64,000 nucleotides of DNA, taken from assembly GCA_000182565.2 (NCBI GenBank), contig KQ257450.1; one strand, given 5' to 3'. Source of the DNA: Spizellomyces punctatus DAOM BR117 (lineage: Eukaryota). The position numbers were made by a program, and so were the translations under genes. The notes beneath the pieces are model-generated. The model saw only the letters and a list, made by a program, of their open reading frames with translations, had not been told where the DNA came from and did no database searches. The stretch's first letter is position 1. Each line of letters starts with the position of its first letter. Positions 26,401-40,829 of the stretch are shown here, one piece after another.

Positions 26401-27463
26401 GAGAGTAGGTACTTACACGTTTCGTCATAAATGAGGACTGCAGCTCATTTTCGCTGGAGTACGTGATCCACTGGATACCTTTCAGACATTCAATCAATTC
26501 TTTTACCGGAAACTAAAGCCGGGCGCAAGAACGTTGGCGTCTCCTGACCCTGTATGTTTGGCTATTTCCGATACATGCCAAATGTCAAACTATCAAGTTC
26601 TTACTCATTTGTCCTATCAGAAAGTGGCAGTGTCCGCGGCAGACTGCCGATTAAGCTGTTTCCCAACTGTCGAACGTGCGACGCAATTATGGGTAAAGGG
26701 GCAACGTTTCACGGTGCCAAACTTGCTACAGGATGAGCAGATGGTATAACCTTGTTGCCATAGCTGTAAACCGAATATGCTCACTAAACGGGGTCTGTAC
26801 TCTCTTAGGCGGCTACGTTCGAAGGCGGCCCCATGATAATATTTCGGTTAGCACCTCAGGGTAAAGGGACAAATAAGGACATGCATTATATGAAATCCGG
26901 TCATTTAACCAATGATCTTCTGTAGACTACCATCGGTTCCATTTTCCCGTCGATTGCACGGTTGGGCCAACCAAGTGGATTGAAGGATCGTATTTTACAG
27001 TAAACCCAATGGCGATAAGGTGAGAGCATCTGCCGTCACCAAGCAAATGTCCACCATACCAATCTGCCGTTAATTCTATGATCAGAACAACCGTCGACGT
27101 GTACACGGAAAACATACGCTGTGTGACATACCTTGACAGTCCAGAATTCGGAAAAATGGCCTACGTTTGTATCGGTGCAATGATGGTTGGAAGCATCGTG
27201 TTGACATCTCACGAGGGTGCAGAAGTGAAGAGAATGGATGAGCATGGGTAGGATGAAACCGTTCCGATCCTCTGGTGGTCATCTTCTAACGCGTCCTTTC
27301 ATTAAGGTACTTTGCATTCGGCGGCTCAACAATTATACTTCTCTTTGAGAAGGATGCCATTGAGTTCGATCATGATTTACGAGAGAACTCTGAGCAAAAT
27401 TTGGAAACACTGGTAAAAATGGGTAACTCCATTGGAGTTGCCGGGAGTAAGAGGCGATCTTAG
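23457..27463 (+). CDS. PSD2: Phosphatidylserine decarboxylase 2 (two C2 domains, EF-hand-like region, PSD domain), many introns
   Basis: C2 start [58 protein letters not shown] and IGAMMVGSI; self-cleavage motif FGGST near 27317. Confidence 0.93.
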
Positions 27464-27793
27464 GTCTAACCTCTTTGATGGGGCTATAGCTGGGAGGGAG
27501 GTGGGCTCTATCGGACTGCTGATTCATTTTGGATGATAAATATCTTTTTTCAATGTAATATCCCCTTGTTAATGTTCCAAGCCTTATTCGATAGTGTTTG
27601 TCACGTGCCTTCCCACGATCGGAATTTCATTCTTCCGTCATCAGTTGCACATGACAAGATCAACGCATTTGGCACTTGTCGCTCGTCGTCGTTTTCAACC
27701 TTCATGCTGCTGCGGGCTCTCGCTCATAAACAGAGTCCACGCGGCGTCAGCACTTACGCTCACCATATAGGGAGGAGAGTCTTTTTCCGTACA

Positions 27794-30700
27794 ATGTACA
27801 CCAGGAAGCAGGCTCACATGCCTGCGACTGCCCTACGGCGGTTGCAACACCTGCAGGCAGCATTAAACCCTAGATCCTTATCAACCTCAGCAAGCCAAGG
27901 TGAGAATACGACGCGGCGAGAATTGATGTTATTTCTCTCATGCCAGATGAACCATGGTCGATAGATTCTTCCACCGGAGGCTTGGAAGACGATGGGTCCC
28001 GCGTGTGCATTGGGAACGTCTGCGTTCCGGTTGTCGATGCACAGGCACCACATAGGGTGCCAATAGAGAGTCTGTTAGATCTGACTAGACAGGTTGGTTG
28101 ATTGGCGTCAGGTATCTTTGCAAAATTGCGCATAATGACAGGTTCTGACGTACTTTTAGGATGTCTTGGAACACTTGCAATGGATGATGCGAAAAGACAC
28201 ACTTGGGCAGGACATGTTCCTTATTGGGTATGGCATTTGTCCCCGGGTACCTCATGCAAATATGGGGAAAGGAAATCTGTGTCTAATACGGATGTACGTG
28301 GCAGACCACCTGGGCCATTAAAGCGACACCTCGCCTTAACATACCTCCATTTAACGAATCGAGAACACGAGTACGTTGCCCTGCATCGAGACACATCAGC
28401 GGAGTCTGACCTGAAGCAGCGAAGGGAGATTGTGCGTGACGCCAGCGGATCTGGGGGACTTACCGCCGAGTGGGTCGACGGTGTGGCCGTAAGAGCAGCC
28501 ATTCAAGGTCGCGTGCTTATTATTGAGGGTATCGAAAAGGCTGAGCGTAATGTCCTGCCGGTCTTGAACAATCTTTTGGAAAACCGAGAAATGAATTTAG
28601 AGGATGGGCGACATATTGTTCATCATTCCCGCTATGACGCCCTCCTCAAAAATCACACCCGCGAGGAATTGGATTCATGGCAATTAGTAAGGGCTAGTGA
28701 ACGGTTCAGGGTCATTGCATTAGGCGTACCAATTCCGCCCTATCCTGGAAACCCATTGGATCCGCCTTTCCGTAGTCGGTTCCAAGTCCGATACATTGAG
28801 AGCCCCTTTGATGGTTCCGAGACTAGGAGCCGCTCAGCTGCCCTAATCGAAGCGGGTGCCTTGGAGGCGGACACGGTATCTCGTACAAATGAATTGCTGA
28901 TCAAGCTACGAGATATGATCAAAACCATCAAGTATACACATGAAATTAAGGACCAGCTAACCATTTCGGCGAATGATGCCTCCAACTCTGCCCTTCTACC
29001 ACAATTTCCGCAAACGTCCATGGGTGGCATCGTAGACCTTCTCAGATTATTTCCTGCAGAGGCTCAGGATATCGAAAGTGCTTTGCAAAGATTTTGGCCG
29101 TCGTCCTGGGTCGGCAGTGCTTTGACAAATGATCAACTACAAGCCTTTAAAACTCTGTCCACCAAGTTTAACGTTCCCGTTGAATTACGGGGAGCGAATG
29201 TCAGTCGTAAGTCGTCGTACGATCTGACAACCGTTACTCGAGGGAGCGCCACCTTCCAATGGTCAGGTTCGTCGGTAACGTTGCCAGTTACATTCGGGTC
29301 AGCGCCCTTGGTTCCTCTTGCATCTGGCGAGATTGGCAGCTACGGCGGTGTGTTTGTGCATACTCCTCGATACCGTGACGTTGTAACGCGAATTGCACAA
29401 GCCCATGCTATGGGCCGCGACATTTGTCTGGCAGGACCGAAGGGTAGCGGGAAAACGACAGCGATTATGAGATTCGCTGGACTATTTGGTTACGAAACCG
29501 AGACGGTTCACATGTATCGTGATATGACCGCGAGGGATCTTTTGCAGCGGAGGGGCACACGAAGAGATGGAAGCACATATTGGGAAAGCTCCGGCCTAGT
29601 TCGTGCGGCTTTGGAAGGCAAAATTGCAGTTATTGACGGCTTGCATTGGGTCCGTGCTGGCACTATTGCCAGCCTACAACGACTTGTTCAGGATAGGGAG
29701 GCTGTCCTGCCGGACGGTACTTTCCTTACAAGTGCTGAGAACTTTGAAAGCCTCAAGGAGCGCACTGGTTTGTCCTCAGAGCAGCTTGCCGCAAAACGTG
29801 TCTTGCCGGTACATCCTGCATTCCGTATTATCGCTACGGCTAGTGTCCACCTTCATCACAAAGCTCCTAAGCAAGAGATGGAGTGGCTCACCGAAGAGGT
29901 CGGCGCGATGTTTCAATTCCTGGAAGTCGGAGCCATGGATGTTCAGGAAGAAGCGGCCTTGTTACGCACATTGACTCATTGTCCAGAAGACAAGGCTAGG
30001 CAGTTGCTAGACTTTGCTGCACGATTCCGAAAATTGGCGGAAGGTGGAGGATCGGGACACGAAACTGTGTTGGCCAAATCAACGTCTTTGTCTACTCGGC
30101 AGCTTCTGCGGATCTGTCGTCGTCTGGCCCAATTCCCAGATGAGTCCCTTTACACTGCAATTCACAGAACGTGTCTCAGCCCATTCCTTCCTCAATTGGC
30201 CCGACATGCTTTGGAAGATGTTTTGGCTGATTCTGGAATACAACCCAGTGGCAAAATCGTCAAGTACAGCATTGAGAATACACCTGACACACTACGGTTC
30301 GGTGACGTTGCCCTTCCCAAATATACGATCCGCCCTGATGACGTCGAGGCAAAAGCTCTCATTCCACACACTGCTGAAGGCGGACCTGGATTCTTTGATA
30401 ACGACGTACACACTCGAGTCATGAGAGAAATTGCCGTTGACTTTGTTTTGGGCGAACACCTGTTGCTTATTGGTAACCAGGGTGTCGGCAAAAACAGACT
30501 AACGGATCGGGTATTGGAGCTAATTGGACGACCTCGGGAATACGTCCAGCTGCATCGTGACACAACTGTACAGTCGCTTACCGTGCAGCCTGTGGTTGAG
30601 AATGGAGTAATTGTGTACAAAGATAGCCCACTTGTCCGGGCTGTGAAAAAGGGCCGAGTATTAATAGTAGATGAAGCCGATAAGGCACCGGTGTATATTA

Positions 30701-33042
30701 CAAGCATTTTGAAGAGCCTGGCGGAAACCGGCGAAATGCCCCTGACCGATGGCCGACGTATCCGGCCGGCACCCCAAGACGAGAGGTTAATTGATCCTTC
30801 CCGCGATATAATCATGCATCCTGAATTCCGTATTATCGTTCTGGCCAACCGTCCAGGGTATCCTTTCCTTGGCAACGACTTCTTTGGTGCCATCGGCGAA
30901 GTATTCAGTTGCCACGCCGTGGAGAATCCTGACCCTGCATCTGAGCTATCCCTTCTACGTCAGGCTGCACCAGCTGTTGACCCGGACGTGTTACAACAGC
31001 TGGTCCTAGCTTTCGGAGACCTCCGCCAGGCGTTTGATGACGGACTTGTCGCTTATCCGTACTCGTTGCGTGAGTTGATGAACATCGTCAAGCATATGCA
31101 GGCCTTCCCTGGAGAACCCTTGGATCAAATCTTGAGAAATGTTTTCGATTTTGATGTGCATCGAAAAGAATTCTTCGAAGTCTTGGTTGCTGCTTTACGG
31201 AAACACGGGTAAGTGATGGGACTGTTCCTTCATCATAAGAAATTCTTTGCCCCAGCTGAACAAATTTAATCATCCAGTTTAAATGTGTCTGCCGTCGGGT
31301 TTCAAGCTGTTAAGAACGGGTCTGGAATAGGAGGCGATAAGGAAAAGCAGCTTGAAGTCAAGTGGGAAAAAGGCAAGAATCGGATGCCGCCACCGGTAAG
31401 AGGATATGACGCCTTGTTAAATGCTAACCAACGTTATGTCACGATCTAAAGTTGGTTTTGCAGGCTACTGGTCCCAAACATGGAAAAGTGGATAACCAAC
31501 CTCACGTTGGAGGAAACCAGTATGCATCGTTTCCCACTTCCCCTGCAAAGAGCCCTCAATTTGCAGCGTGTTAATCATGTACATTTTAGATGGGCTGGTG
31601 GATCCGGCGGAAGTAATACCGCAGGTATTGGAGGAAGGGCCGGGCCATACCGCTTGCACAAGCCGGGGAACCCTATCGTCCGCCTCCCAGATGTACGTGA
31701 CTGCTGGTGCTCTCACAACCTGGCACTATCTGACCATGACATTACCATAGGACATTAAAAATGATGTGCCGGAGCACATCAAAGCCGCCGCACAGCAAAT
31801 GGGACGCGAAGCGCTGCGCAAACGATTGGAAGACATCAAAATGAGCGCTCACGAAGCTGGCGTATATAAGGAAATATACGAAAATGTCCGACAAGAAATC
31901 ATGCAGTTGAAAGTTATCTTGGAAGGAGTGCAAGCGAAAGAAAAGGAGCGAACATGGCTGCAGAATCAGACAGATGGAGAATTGGATGAAGGGAAGATTA
32001 TCGAAGGTACGTTTGTGATGGTTTACTATTCCTTTTGACAATGGCGACGATGAATAACGTATCTTTCTGTAGGTTTAACTGGCGAAACATCCATATACAA
32101 ACGCCGTGGAGAAGAAACCCCTGAGCATGGAGCAACGCAAAAGAAACCGAAGCGATTGAAATTTGTGTTTGACGTCAGTGCTTCCATGTATAGTTACAAT
32201 GAGCACGATGGGCGATTGAACCGGAGTCTGGAGACTGCGTTGATGGTATGTCTTTCAATCCGTGCTGGAAGCTGATATGGATGGAAAAGATCGTTAATGA
32301 TGCTTTCTGATCTAGATCATGGAAAGTCTTCAGTCACTGGGCGATAAATACGTTTATGATATTGTCGGTCATTCAGGTTCGTTTATTAGTTCCACGTTAG
32401 CCATTATTTGGCGACTCGCTAATGATGACTATTAGGTGATTCGGAGTGCATCGAATTTGTCCTTCCCGGAAAGCCCCCAAAGGATGAGATGGAGAGACTG
32501 AAAGGTTGTTAAAACTAGGCATTTCACACGGGTATCTTCTTGGTGATATTCATCTGCTACGCTATTAGTCCTTCAAACCATGAGTGCACATTCACAATAC
32601 TGCTTCTCCGGCGATACGACACTCAAAGCTACCGAGCGCGCCGTGAAAGACGTCGTCAAAGAGGACGCCGGTATGTCTTCACCCGTATCGTGGGCTCGTA
32701 TTAGCATTTCGTCGAAACTTACGCAATATATTCTAGATGACTACTTTACCCTCATCCTCTCCGATGCCAACCTTAGACGTTATGGCATACACCCTTCTGC
32801 TCTGGCAAAAGTCGTCGAATCAGATCCACGAGTAAATTGCGCCATTCTATTCATTGGTTCAATTGGTGAAGAGGCCAGAATGTGTGTGCTTTGGTGTCGT
32901 TTGTTTCAATATCTGGGCATATTGACTAATTATCGCCGTTCTTAGACTGACACGAAGTATGCCACCAGGAAAGGCATTTGTGGCGCTGAATACCAGTGAC
33001 ATACCCAAAATCATGAAAGAGATATTTACTGCTATTGCATGA
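27794..33042 (+). CDS. VWA8: VWA8-like AAA+ ATPase with three AAA modules and a C-terminal VWA domain (start codon uncertain: 27704, 27794 or 27818)
   Basis: QDMFLIGPPGPLKR, EGIEKAERNVLPVLNNLLENREMNLEDGR, GPKGSGKT, GEHLLLIGNQGVGKN, PKHGK...PHVGGNxWAGGSGGSNTAGIGGRAGPYRL and MIDAS DVSAS. Confidence 0.92.
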
Positions 33043-33415
33043 AAAGCATAATAGAGCAGTGGGATATAATACAGAATCATTAGATAGTTGTCTATGGTAG
33101 TTAGAGTGACCCATCCATAGAATGTATATCTCATGGAGTCTTATCAGGTACAGCGATGGAAGGGAAGCCATCTAATGGAACTTTGATGAACGGATGCAAT
33201 ACAACTTCATACGCACGACTCATCACACTTCACAACCCCAACCATAACGATATTGGCCATGAGCTAAAGGCCCTCGCCGCGACACATGATCGCCAAGATT
33301 TGCATAAGCCGTTTCATCGCGCGCATTGCCCAATACATTTGATGTTCTCAAGCGGCAAGCATCGCCACAACTCCCACTCCCCTCCGCCGCCGTAAAACTA
33401 GGAACCTCTACTGGC

Positions 33416-36316
33416 TCACGCATCTTCGTCATCTGAATCATCCGAATCCTCATAACTATCCAGCTTATCCTTCTTTCCTACGTCCTCAGCATCCTCATCC
33501 TCATCACTTTCATCTTTACCGCCCTTCTTGCCATTGACTTTAGGTCCACCACCGCCACGCATTTGCTGCATCTGACCGGCAATGCTGTCGTCTTCTGGTT
33601 CGGAAATGTCGTCTTCTTCCTCTTGTAGAGGAGCGGCTTCCGGTGGCTCAACGACAAGCTGAAATGTGATTTCAATGAGTGAATGCAAATGTTGGGTTGC
33701 GTACACGACATTCCAATTCTTACCTTCAGCTCACACAAGGCGTCGCAACCAATATGCGAGTCGGATTTGACAAACACCTGGAATGCCCATTGACCCGGTC
33801 GAGGGGGTGCTTGGAATTGTAGTCGGATTGTCTTTTCGTTGATGAGATCGCTCACTTTGCCGATGGTGATAAGTCGGTTCTGCTTCATGTCCCCAAAATA
33901 GACCCACCATACTGGACGCTTCTCCTACAGATAGTCGCGGCAAACTTGAGTCATCAAGAGCAGTGAAGGAGAAAGGGCAAATTCATTCCACCTACCGCCG
34001 GGAAGTATGGGGCATGAACCAACGGTGCTTGCTCCTTCTTTTCCCACCAGTTATTTTTTGGTTCCTCATCGTCGTTGGTGCTGTCATCTCGCAGCGACGT
34101 GCCATTCTCCTTGTCTTTTCGAAGATCCTCAATTGAGCCGATTTCCAACTTGATGCTAAGTGTCACCACAGCGTTGGGAATAATGGCAGGCTCGCCCAAA
34201 ACTGTACTCATTCAAGAAATGCTAGTAAGAATCAAGTTGGCTTCTCGCCTAAGAAGATGCATCGTACCAGAGAATTTTGCTTTCGTTATGCGAAGTAAAG
34301 GATACTGCTGCGCCACATGCATTACCAGAGCAATCTGCTCATGTGTTAAGAATCGTAGGAGATCGCTGAAATAGACGAGGCCCTTTAATGCGCCTGAATA
34401 CGTGATCCCCACTGTATATACTTACTTGCGATCCTTTTCATCCAGTTCGAGCAAATCGCGTATGGTACTAATGTCCCTCTACGAATAACCTGTGGTTAAA
34501 ATAAGCTGGCTCTGCATCGATCAGATATCGGGGTGGCACCTTTTTTGAACGGAAATACTTGAGCTTATCCGCCGTAATGTAAGGAAGTTGCATCAAGGGT
34601 GATTGGTGGAAATACAATGCCTGTGTAAGCATCTACAGGAAAGTGGACAAATATGAGGAACATGCCAATACTGTGCAACTCTGGCGACACTCAACTCACC
34701 TGTCCAAGGTCAATGACACTCAACGCAATGTTGAGCCATGATCGTGATATAGCAATTTGTAGCATTCCTGCAACTAGTTGTACGCTCCTCTCCGCCACAA
34801 GCCGTTGTTCTAGCCATCCAAATACTAGATCAGCGAAGGGACCCTAGCCATTCAGGTAACACTGATAACAATCTGTACCATGTGCCAATTTTGGGTCCTC
34901 CGGAGTCAAGCGCAATAGGTGGGAGTGTAGAAGAAGGTACACTTTCTGTTGCATGGCCGTTTGCGGGTCTTTTGCTGATGTCAACTAAATTGGACGGACA
35001 CTCACATAAATCTAGCTGATACTTATCCCGCACGAGACTTTGGAACATACCTTCTTACTCCAACGATCCGGTGTCTTCTGTTCCATAGCTTTCTTGACTT
35101 GGTCCACTAACTAAACCTCCAATATTGATATCGCATACACTGCGAAAGATCATCCTGTCCCTCCTCATACCTTCTCCAATGCAGGTGTTTCACTTTTATC
35201 AAGCGTAATGAGTGTATAGAATTCGTCTGCTTTGCTCAACAACTCGAGTAAAGCTGCGCGACCATTCGTCATATGTTGAGATAAATGAACTCTAGAAATT
35301 TGCCCAAATTTCATCTATTCTCACCTTTGAAGCCCAATGACTCTCTCAGTTCTCTGTAGAACTTTGCCATGGTCGGATGAAGAATCTTTTCCTTGTTCAT
35401 CTGCTTCGCATTATTCCACCAACGGGCCTAAAGAGACGAAGTTTAGTAGACTGACCTTGAAAGGTTAACTCCCAGTGATAGCATAGACCTTACCACCAAT
35501 GCCGGCAATAAAACCATAAAGACACCCGCGTATACAAAGAGCACCTTGAAATTATTACCCTCTTCCACCAACCATCTTGGGAGAGCGAGTCCTAGTTGGA
35601 AAGACTGTTTTCCATCCGGATGACCCCACTCGTCCCAGTTCTGCCTGGCTTCTGGGTCCGTTAAAGTCTTGTATGCTTTGGAGATGTCGGTCGTCATCTT
35701 TGTGGCTTCTTCCACATTGTCCGGGTTCTTATCAGGATGCCATTTCCTCATCAACTCCTTCCACGCCTTCTTCACTTGGTCGGCGTCAGCGTCCCGGTCA
35801 ACTCCAAGGATCTGGTAAGGATCCCAGAGTCCCTTCTCTTCCACGCTAGTTGTAGCGACTTTGTAGACAACGAACGAGAAGAGTGCCCAACCAAGCACCA
35901 GTAGAATAAACCTAATGAACGCGCCAGATTGATCACCAATTTAGATCAATGTGGCAAGAAGCGGCAGTCCGAAACATGAATACCTGGTAGAGATCAAAGG
36001 CTCTTGTTTCTTCTTCATTGCAACTAAACGCACTCGCTTTTCCCGACATGTTTCACATTTGCAATCATCTCCCTCAGTCACATCTGCCACCAAACATTAT
36101 TAATCAATATCAATCAATCAACGAACAGTCAGCATATCGTTGATAATAAAGAAAGATTATAATAACATAAAAACTGAGATAAACTAGCCTCTCACCTTTC
36201 CTGCCCCCGAACAACCAAGTATACGTTGATGGGATCAACACCATACCCAAAATGGTCAACAAGAAGAAGTTGAAGATTGCGCCCGTTTCATCATAGGCGT
36301 ACTGTGCACCACTCAT
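33416..36316 (-). CDS. SEC63: ER translocon J-domain protein Sec63
   Basis: MSGAQYAYDETGAIFNFFLLT; J domain WDPYQILGV...WHPDKNP; WGHPDGKQSFQLGLALP; VHAPYFP; VKSDSHIGCD; acidic C-terminus ending DDEDA. Confidence 0.93.
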
Positions 36317-36499
36317 TGTGACGGTCGCTCAGGGAGCGTACAAGCGATGTGGGGAAATGTGATATATGAGGACCAAAAGAAATGCCCCCCAACGACACAC
36401 AACATGCACCATCCAGGTGGGGCATCGCCATGAAGGACCGCAAATGGCACTAAGTGTGGTTCGAATGCAATCGAATATTGGCGCAGCACGGCTTAGCGC

Positions 36500-37200
36500 A
36501 CCAGACGAAGATTGGAACTTTTGGACGAAGCGAGATCCCAACACGACCATGATTGCGCAAACATACAGCGTCAGTCGAGGCGCCCTTACATCAGGATCAT
36601 GTTGCGCGACCATCAAACTGAGTGCAGGCACCGTCTTGCGCAACATACGGCGTTACGGGGAGGATCCTAGTCATTATTTGGAAGACAATATTGCATGTGA
36701 CTGACCAAGGAATTACTGTGTGGAACAACCACCCATCGAAGATTCAGATGCGCATTTCCAGGAAAATTATCGCAAATTGCTCATTAGTCCCACTTGCCAA
36801 ATCATCTTGGGTATTTTGTTCGGCGGCTGACACTAACGCTAGGCTTTTGTCGTGATCGTTTGCTGGAGAGCTAGGACCCGTCAGAGGGCAAACTCACCAA
36901 TCACCAAAGCTGCTCCGCCGCGACATTTCCTGGGAACACCATTGATACAACAGAGATATATATTCATTGTCTAGGTGCTACGGACTCGACGCCTCTGTTC
37001 AATTCAGCAACTAGGACAGGCTCGCACTTTGTCGCGTATTCTGAAAAACCATTGTATCGGGAAGGAATGCTGACTGTGAAGAAATTGTAACAAGCCTGAT
37101 GTAACTGAGAAGAAAGCTGTGGGAATGCATAGGAAATCAAGAAATGGCTTTCTCTTGTGCATTCGTAAATGAGATTCGCCCTTGATCCATCCATCACTTG
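36500..37200 (+). mobile_element. Highly decayed Tc1/mariner-like transposase relic
   Basis: Frame-broken fragments in the expected order: WKTILHVTDQ (cf. WxxVLWTDE), SFAGELGPV, IDTTEIYIHCL (cf. IDSEAYIQHL at 61.7 kb) and PDV...LW (cf. SPDLNPIENLW). Confidence 0.35.
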
Positions 37201-37998
37201 GAGTTGAGACATGAAATCATGCTACCTCATCGTATTTGGCTGACACCCTGTAATTCTGGGCAAATGACCACTGAATGAACGCAGAGTTTACGGAGATCAC
37301 CAAAAATCCAGTATTGCTGAGTAATGGACGGAAGGATTATGTATGTGAACTTCGATTGGGTCAATTAGTGGTCTCATTAAAAACTCTGTCAAATTACGAG
37401 GCCAGTAGTACCGTAACTGAAATATGACTAAAACACTATGCCACACTCGGCAGCGTAACAACATCGTGTAAGCTTGTCCAAACGCCTTTAACGATTCAAC
37501 CTTTGGATCTGGTGATTTTGCTGGCCCTTCCCCCCAAAATGGGAGGGATCCTCAGGCATAATCTTGTCAAGTGCAAAAGATTTAAAGTGTGGTGGATATT
37601 GCCAGATGACTGGTGGTCGCCATCCAAGTTGATCATTGCAGGAGGACAAGTCAGCGCAAAGCAATCTAAAGAGACAGGTTATGGCGAGTTCCCTTTCTGC
37701 GATTGACGTCGTGCGAACAAGATCTGGAAAAGGCTGAAATAGAAATCGTTGTCCTTGTCCTGCTTTAAATGATAAACTCAAGCGCAAAGACCAAGCGAGT
37801 CCGACTGCTGACGCGATGCAAGCGTGACTTCATCCATTTTGACCAATCATTGGCGACGGTGTGGCGTTGCATTTCTTTTGTGCAGCTCGGTGGGCTGCCC
37901 GGCTAACAACCACCAGCAACGCACCAAGGGAAGGTCCTTCTTTTTCCCTACGCCCCTCACATCTCTGTTCTTCACAAAAGCGGAGGAGGATATTCGAA

Positions 37999-38743
37999 AT
38001 GGCACCCAAGGCAGCAACCAAGGCTAAAGGTACATACCTGATTGAACTGGAGTAGTTGAACGGTGGATCTACGGGGAAGAGCATTGTCGATTTTAGCCTA
38101 TTGGACCTGAATTGTTGTGGGATTCCCCAAAGCCCCCGAGTGTCGCAAGGAAAGAGTCGCTAAATTCGTCTCTCTTATGTAGCCACTCCCGCCGCTGCAA
38201 AGGCTCAAGCAGCCAAGAAGGCTGCTTTGAAGGGAACTGGCGGCAAGCGTGTGCACAAGGTCCGGACGGGCACCCACTTCTACCGCCCCAAGACCCTCAA
38301 GCTCGCCCGTCAGCCAAAGTACCCCCGTCGTTCCGTTCCCCGTGCCCCGGAACTCGACCAGTACAAGATAGTTCAGTACCCTTTGAACACTGAGAGCGCC
38401 ATGAAGAAGATTGAGGAGAACAACACCTTGGTATTCATCTGCGATGTGCGTTCGAACAAGAGACAGATCAAGGAGGCGGTGAAGAGGCTGTATGATGTGG
38501 ATGCCTCGAAGATCAACACTTTGATCAGGTGGATATTATCAGCAAACTGGAGATAGACGCGGGCTGCCGTATACTAATCTTGTCGTGACAAGGCCCGACG
38601 GTACCAAGAAGGCTTACGTCCGTTTGTCTGCCGATATTGACGCCCTGGATGTTGCCAACAAGGTAGGTTTCATTTACCAGCTGTGGAGCAGGGTAAGTCC
38701 TCTCTAATACACTTTTCCTCCATATTAGATCGGCTTCATCTAA
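37999..38743 (+). CDS. RPL25: 60S ribosomal protein uL23 (L25/L23a)
   Basis: [10 protein letters not shown]...[19 protein letters not shown]...[20 protein letters not shown]...[12 protein letters not shown]...NKIGFI; three introns. Confidence 0.96.
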
Positions 38744-38911
38744 TTGTGCCCATTTCATGTCCATATTGATTAATAAAACGGGGTTCTTCTACTGATGGGC
38801 AATCTCAAATGTTACTTTGAAACTTTCTGCAGTTGCCGATTGAATTGAATGGTGTCACTTTACAGACGGAATTTTATCCAAACAATGTCATAACTCACAA
38901 ACACTTGATTC

Positions 38912-40829
38912 TCAAATCCCTCTCCTTGCCGCTCCGGGCATCCTAAAGCTTCCCGCAACACTATGCAACTTGTTTGGTGCAATCAAACTTCCTCCATTCA
39001 CACCGCCGACCGACCCAGCAATTCCCTCCTGAGCCTGGTAAGAGAAGCCCACGAATTGCTGCTGAACATCTTCAGTTAAGTGTGACGATGGCTCAACAAG
39101 AGAGTCTTGAGGGACCTCTGATGTAAATTCTTCGTCAAAGTTGGAGGTATCTACAGCAGAGGTCACATTGGGGCGGAAAGGTGGAGGATATTTGCGAGCG
39201 AGAAGACGAGCCCAGTTAATGTCGGCGAAGAATGGATGACGTTTGATTTCATCTGCACCGTTGGCACCAAGCCGTTTTGCTGGATCGCGGTTGAGAAGCT
39301 AACGGACAAAGAACTTAATGCTTATCAAAGGGAGGACTTACACCGTCCATTGCATACCTGTCTTAACAAATCCTTTGCCACCGAACTCATCTCATCGGGG
39401 AACCGCAGCTCATCGGACAATATCTTTTTATACATCTCGTTTGTATTCTCGTCGTAGAAAGGTGGCAGTCCTGTCATCATTTCGTATAGCAATATGCCAA
39501 TTGTCCACCAATCTACCACCTTGGTATATCCTTGCCCGATGAGCAGTTCAGGTGCAAGATACTCGGGGGTTCCACAGAACGTGTTTGTCTTGTTGCCATC
39601 TTTCATATTGAGTTTGCATAGACCGAAATCACACAACGCAATATGACCTGTATAGTCCAGCAAGATGTTCTCGGGCTTGAGATCGCGGTATATGATGTTG
39701 TATCCGTGGAGGCACTCGAGCGCGCTCAAGAGTTCGGCAGTATAAAACTTTGCCCTGTCTTCCGAAAACTTGCCCTCTTTCTGAAGATGATGGAACAGTT
39801 CACCGCCGTTTACAAAAGCGAGCACAAGGTATAGTTTATCTGGGGTTTGAAAGGAGAATTTCAAGGGAACAATAAAAGGGTGAGACAGTTTGGCGAGGAC
39901 TGTGCGTTCGGCCAAAGTGTGGGCTACTTCAGCCCGTTCGACAATGTGGGACTTGCGAATGATTTTCATGGCGTAGATTCGGTTGGTGTCACGTTTGCGG
40001 ACTTGCATAACTTTTCCAAACGATCCTTTGCCGATAACTTTTAGGAGCTCAAAGTCATCGATGGTCAGTGATTTGTTTTGCTAAAACGAGGAATGGTAAG
40101 CTATGCATGCTACATGACACATTAACTCATATACACTGCTCACCCCGCTTTTCTTGAAGTGGAATTGCAAATGAATTTCACCCAGCGTTCCAGCTTGCTC
40201 TCCTCCTGTGGAATCCGCTTGAAGAGGATACCATTGGTCCTGTAGCTTCCCGTCAATCAGCAGGGGCTTTACCCGAACACTGCCAAGCAGCACGTCGCCT
40301 TGTTGTGCCCCACGTTGATACACTAAAACTGTCACTTCTGCCTCACGGCTCACATCGCTATCAACATGAAGAAAGTCAACAATTGCGCCTCCATCTTCCA
40401 TGTGCAAAGAGACGTAACTCACAAGTGCGCACGATGCCCCCAAATTACTGTCTTTGTTGCGGGATTTCCGTCTTTTGCAGTCACCAGAATTTCATTCTTG
40501 TCAAAATCGATGACGACGTAGGGAAGTCTCGTTACATCTCCAGCCGTGGCACTGGTAATCTGTAGAGGTGTGCCATTTGCAGACACAAGGTTACGAGCCT
40601 CAACTACCCTAATGAGAAGCAGCCCCGACCCGCCTAGTTGCACTTGGTTGGGATGTGAGACATTTGATGCCGATTGTTGCGAAGAAGACGAGGAAGGTAT
40701 GTTGGCGGAGGGGCCAGGTGCGGGTTGGCTTGAGTTCGACTGGGGAGTGGCAGAAGTGGGACGAACAAGGTTTTTCAAAGGGGAACCGGCAATGTTGGCG
40801 TCTGCACTATTCTTCTTCTGTTTGAACAT
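38912..40829 (-). CDS. YPK1: AGC kinase of the Ypk1/Gad8/SGK family with N-terminal C2-like domain (an upstream exon may exist)
   Basis: IGKGSFGKVMQVRKRDTNRIYAMK, YRDLKPENILLDYTGHIALCDFGLCKL, TFCGTPEYLAPE and hydrophobic motif QQFVGFSY. Confidence 0.93.

Noticed and set aside
30192-30893. Long antisense ORFs (for example 233 aa opposite VWA8; others opposite MLP1 and SWI3)
   Set aside because: Shadow frames of real coding exons with no independent features.
38030-38182. Long first intron of RPL25 as a snoRNA host
   Set aside because: No clear C box (RUGAUGA) or H/ACA arrangement visible.
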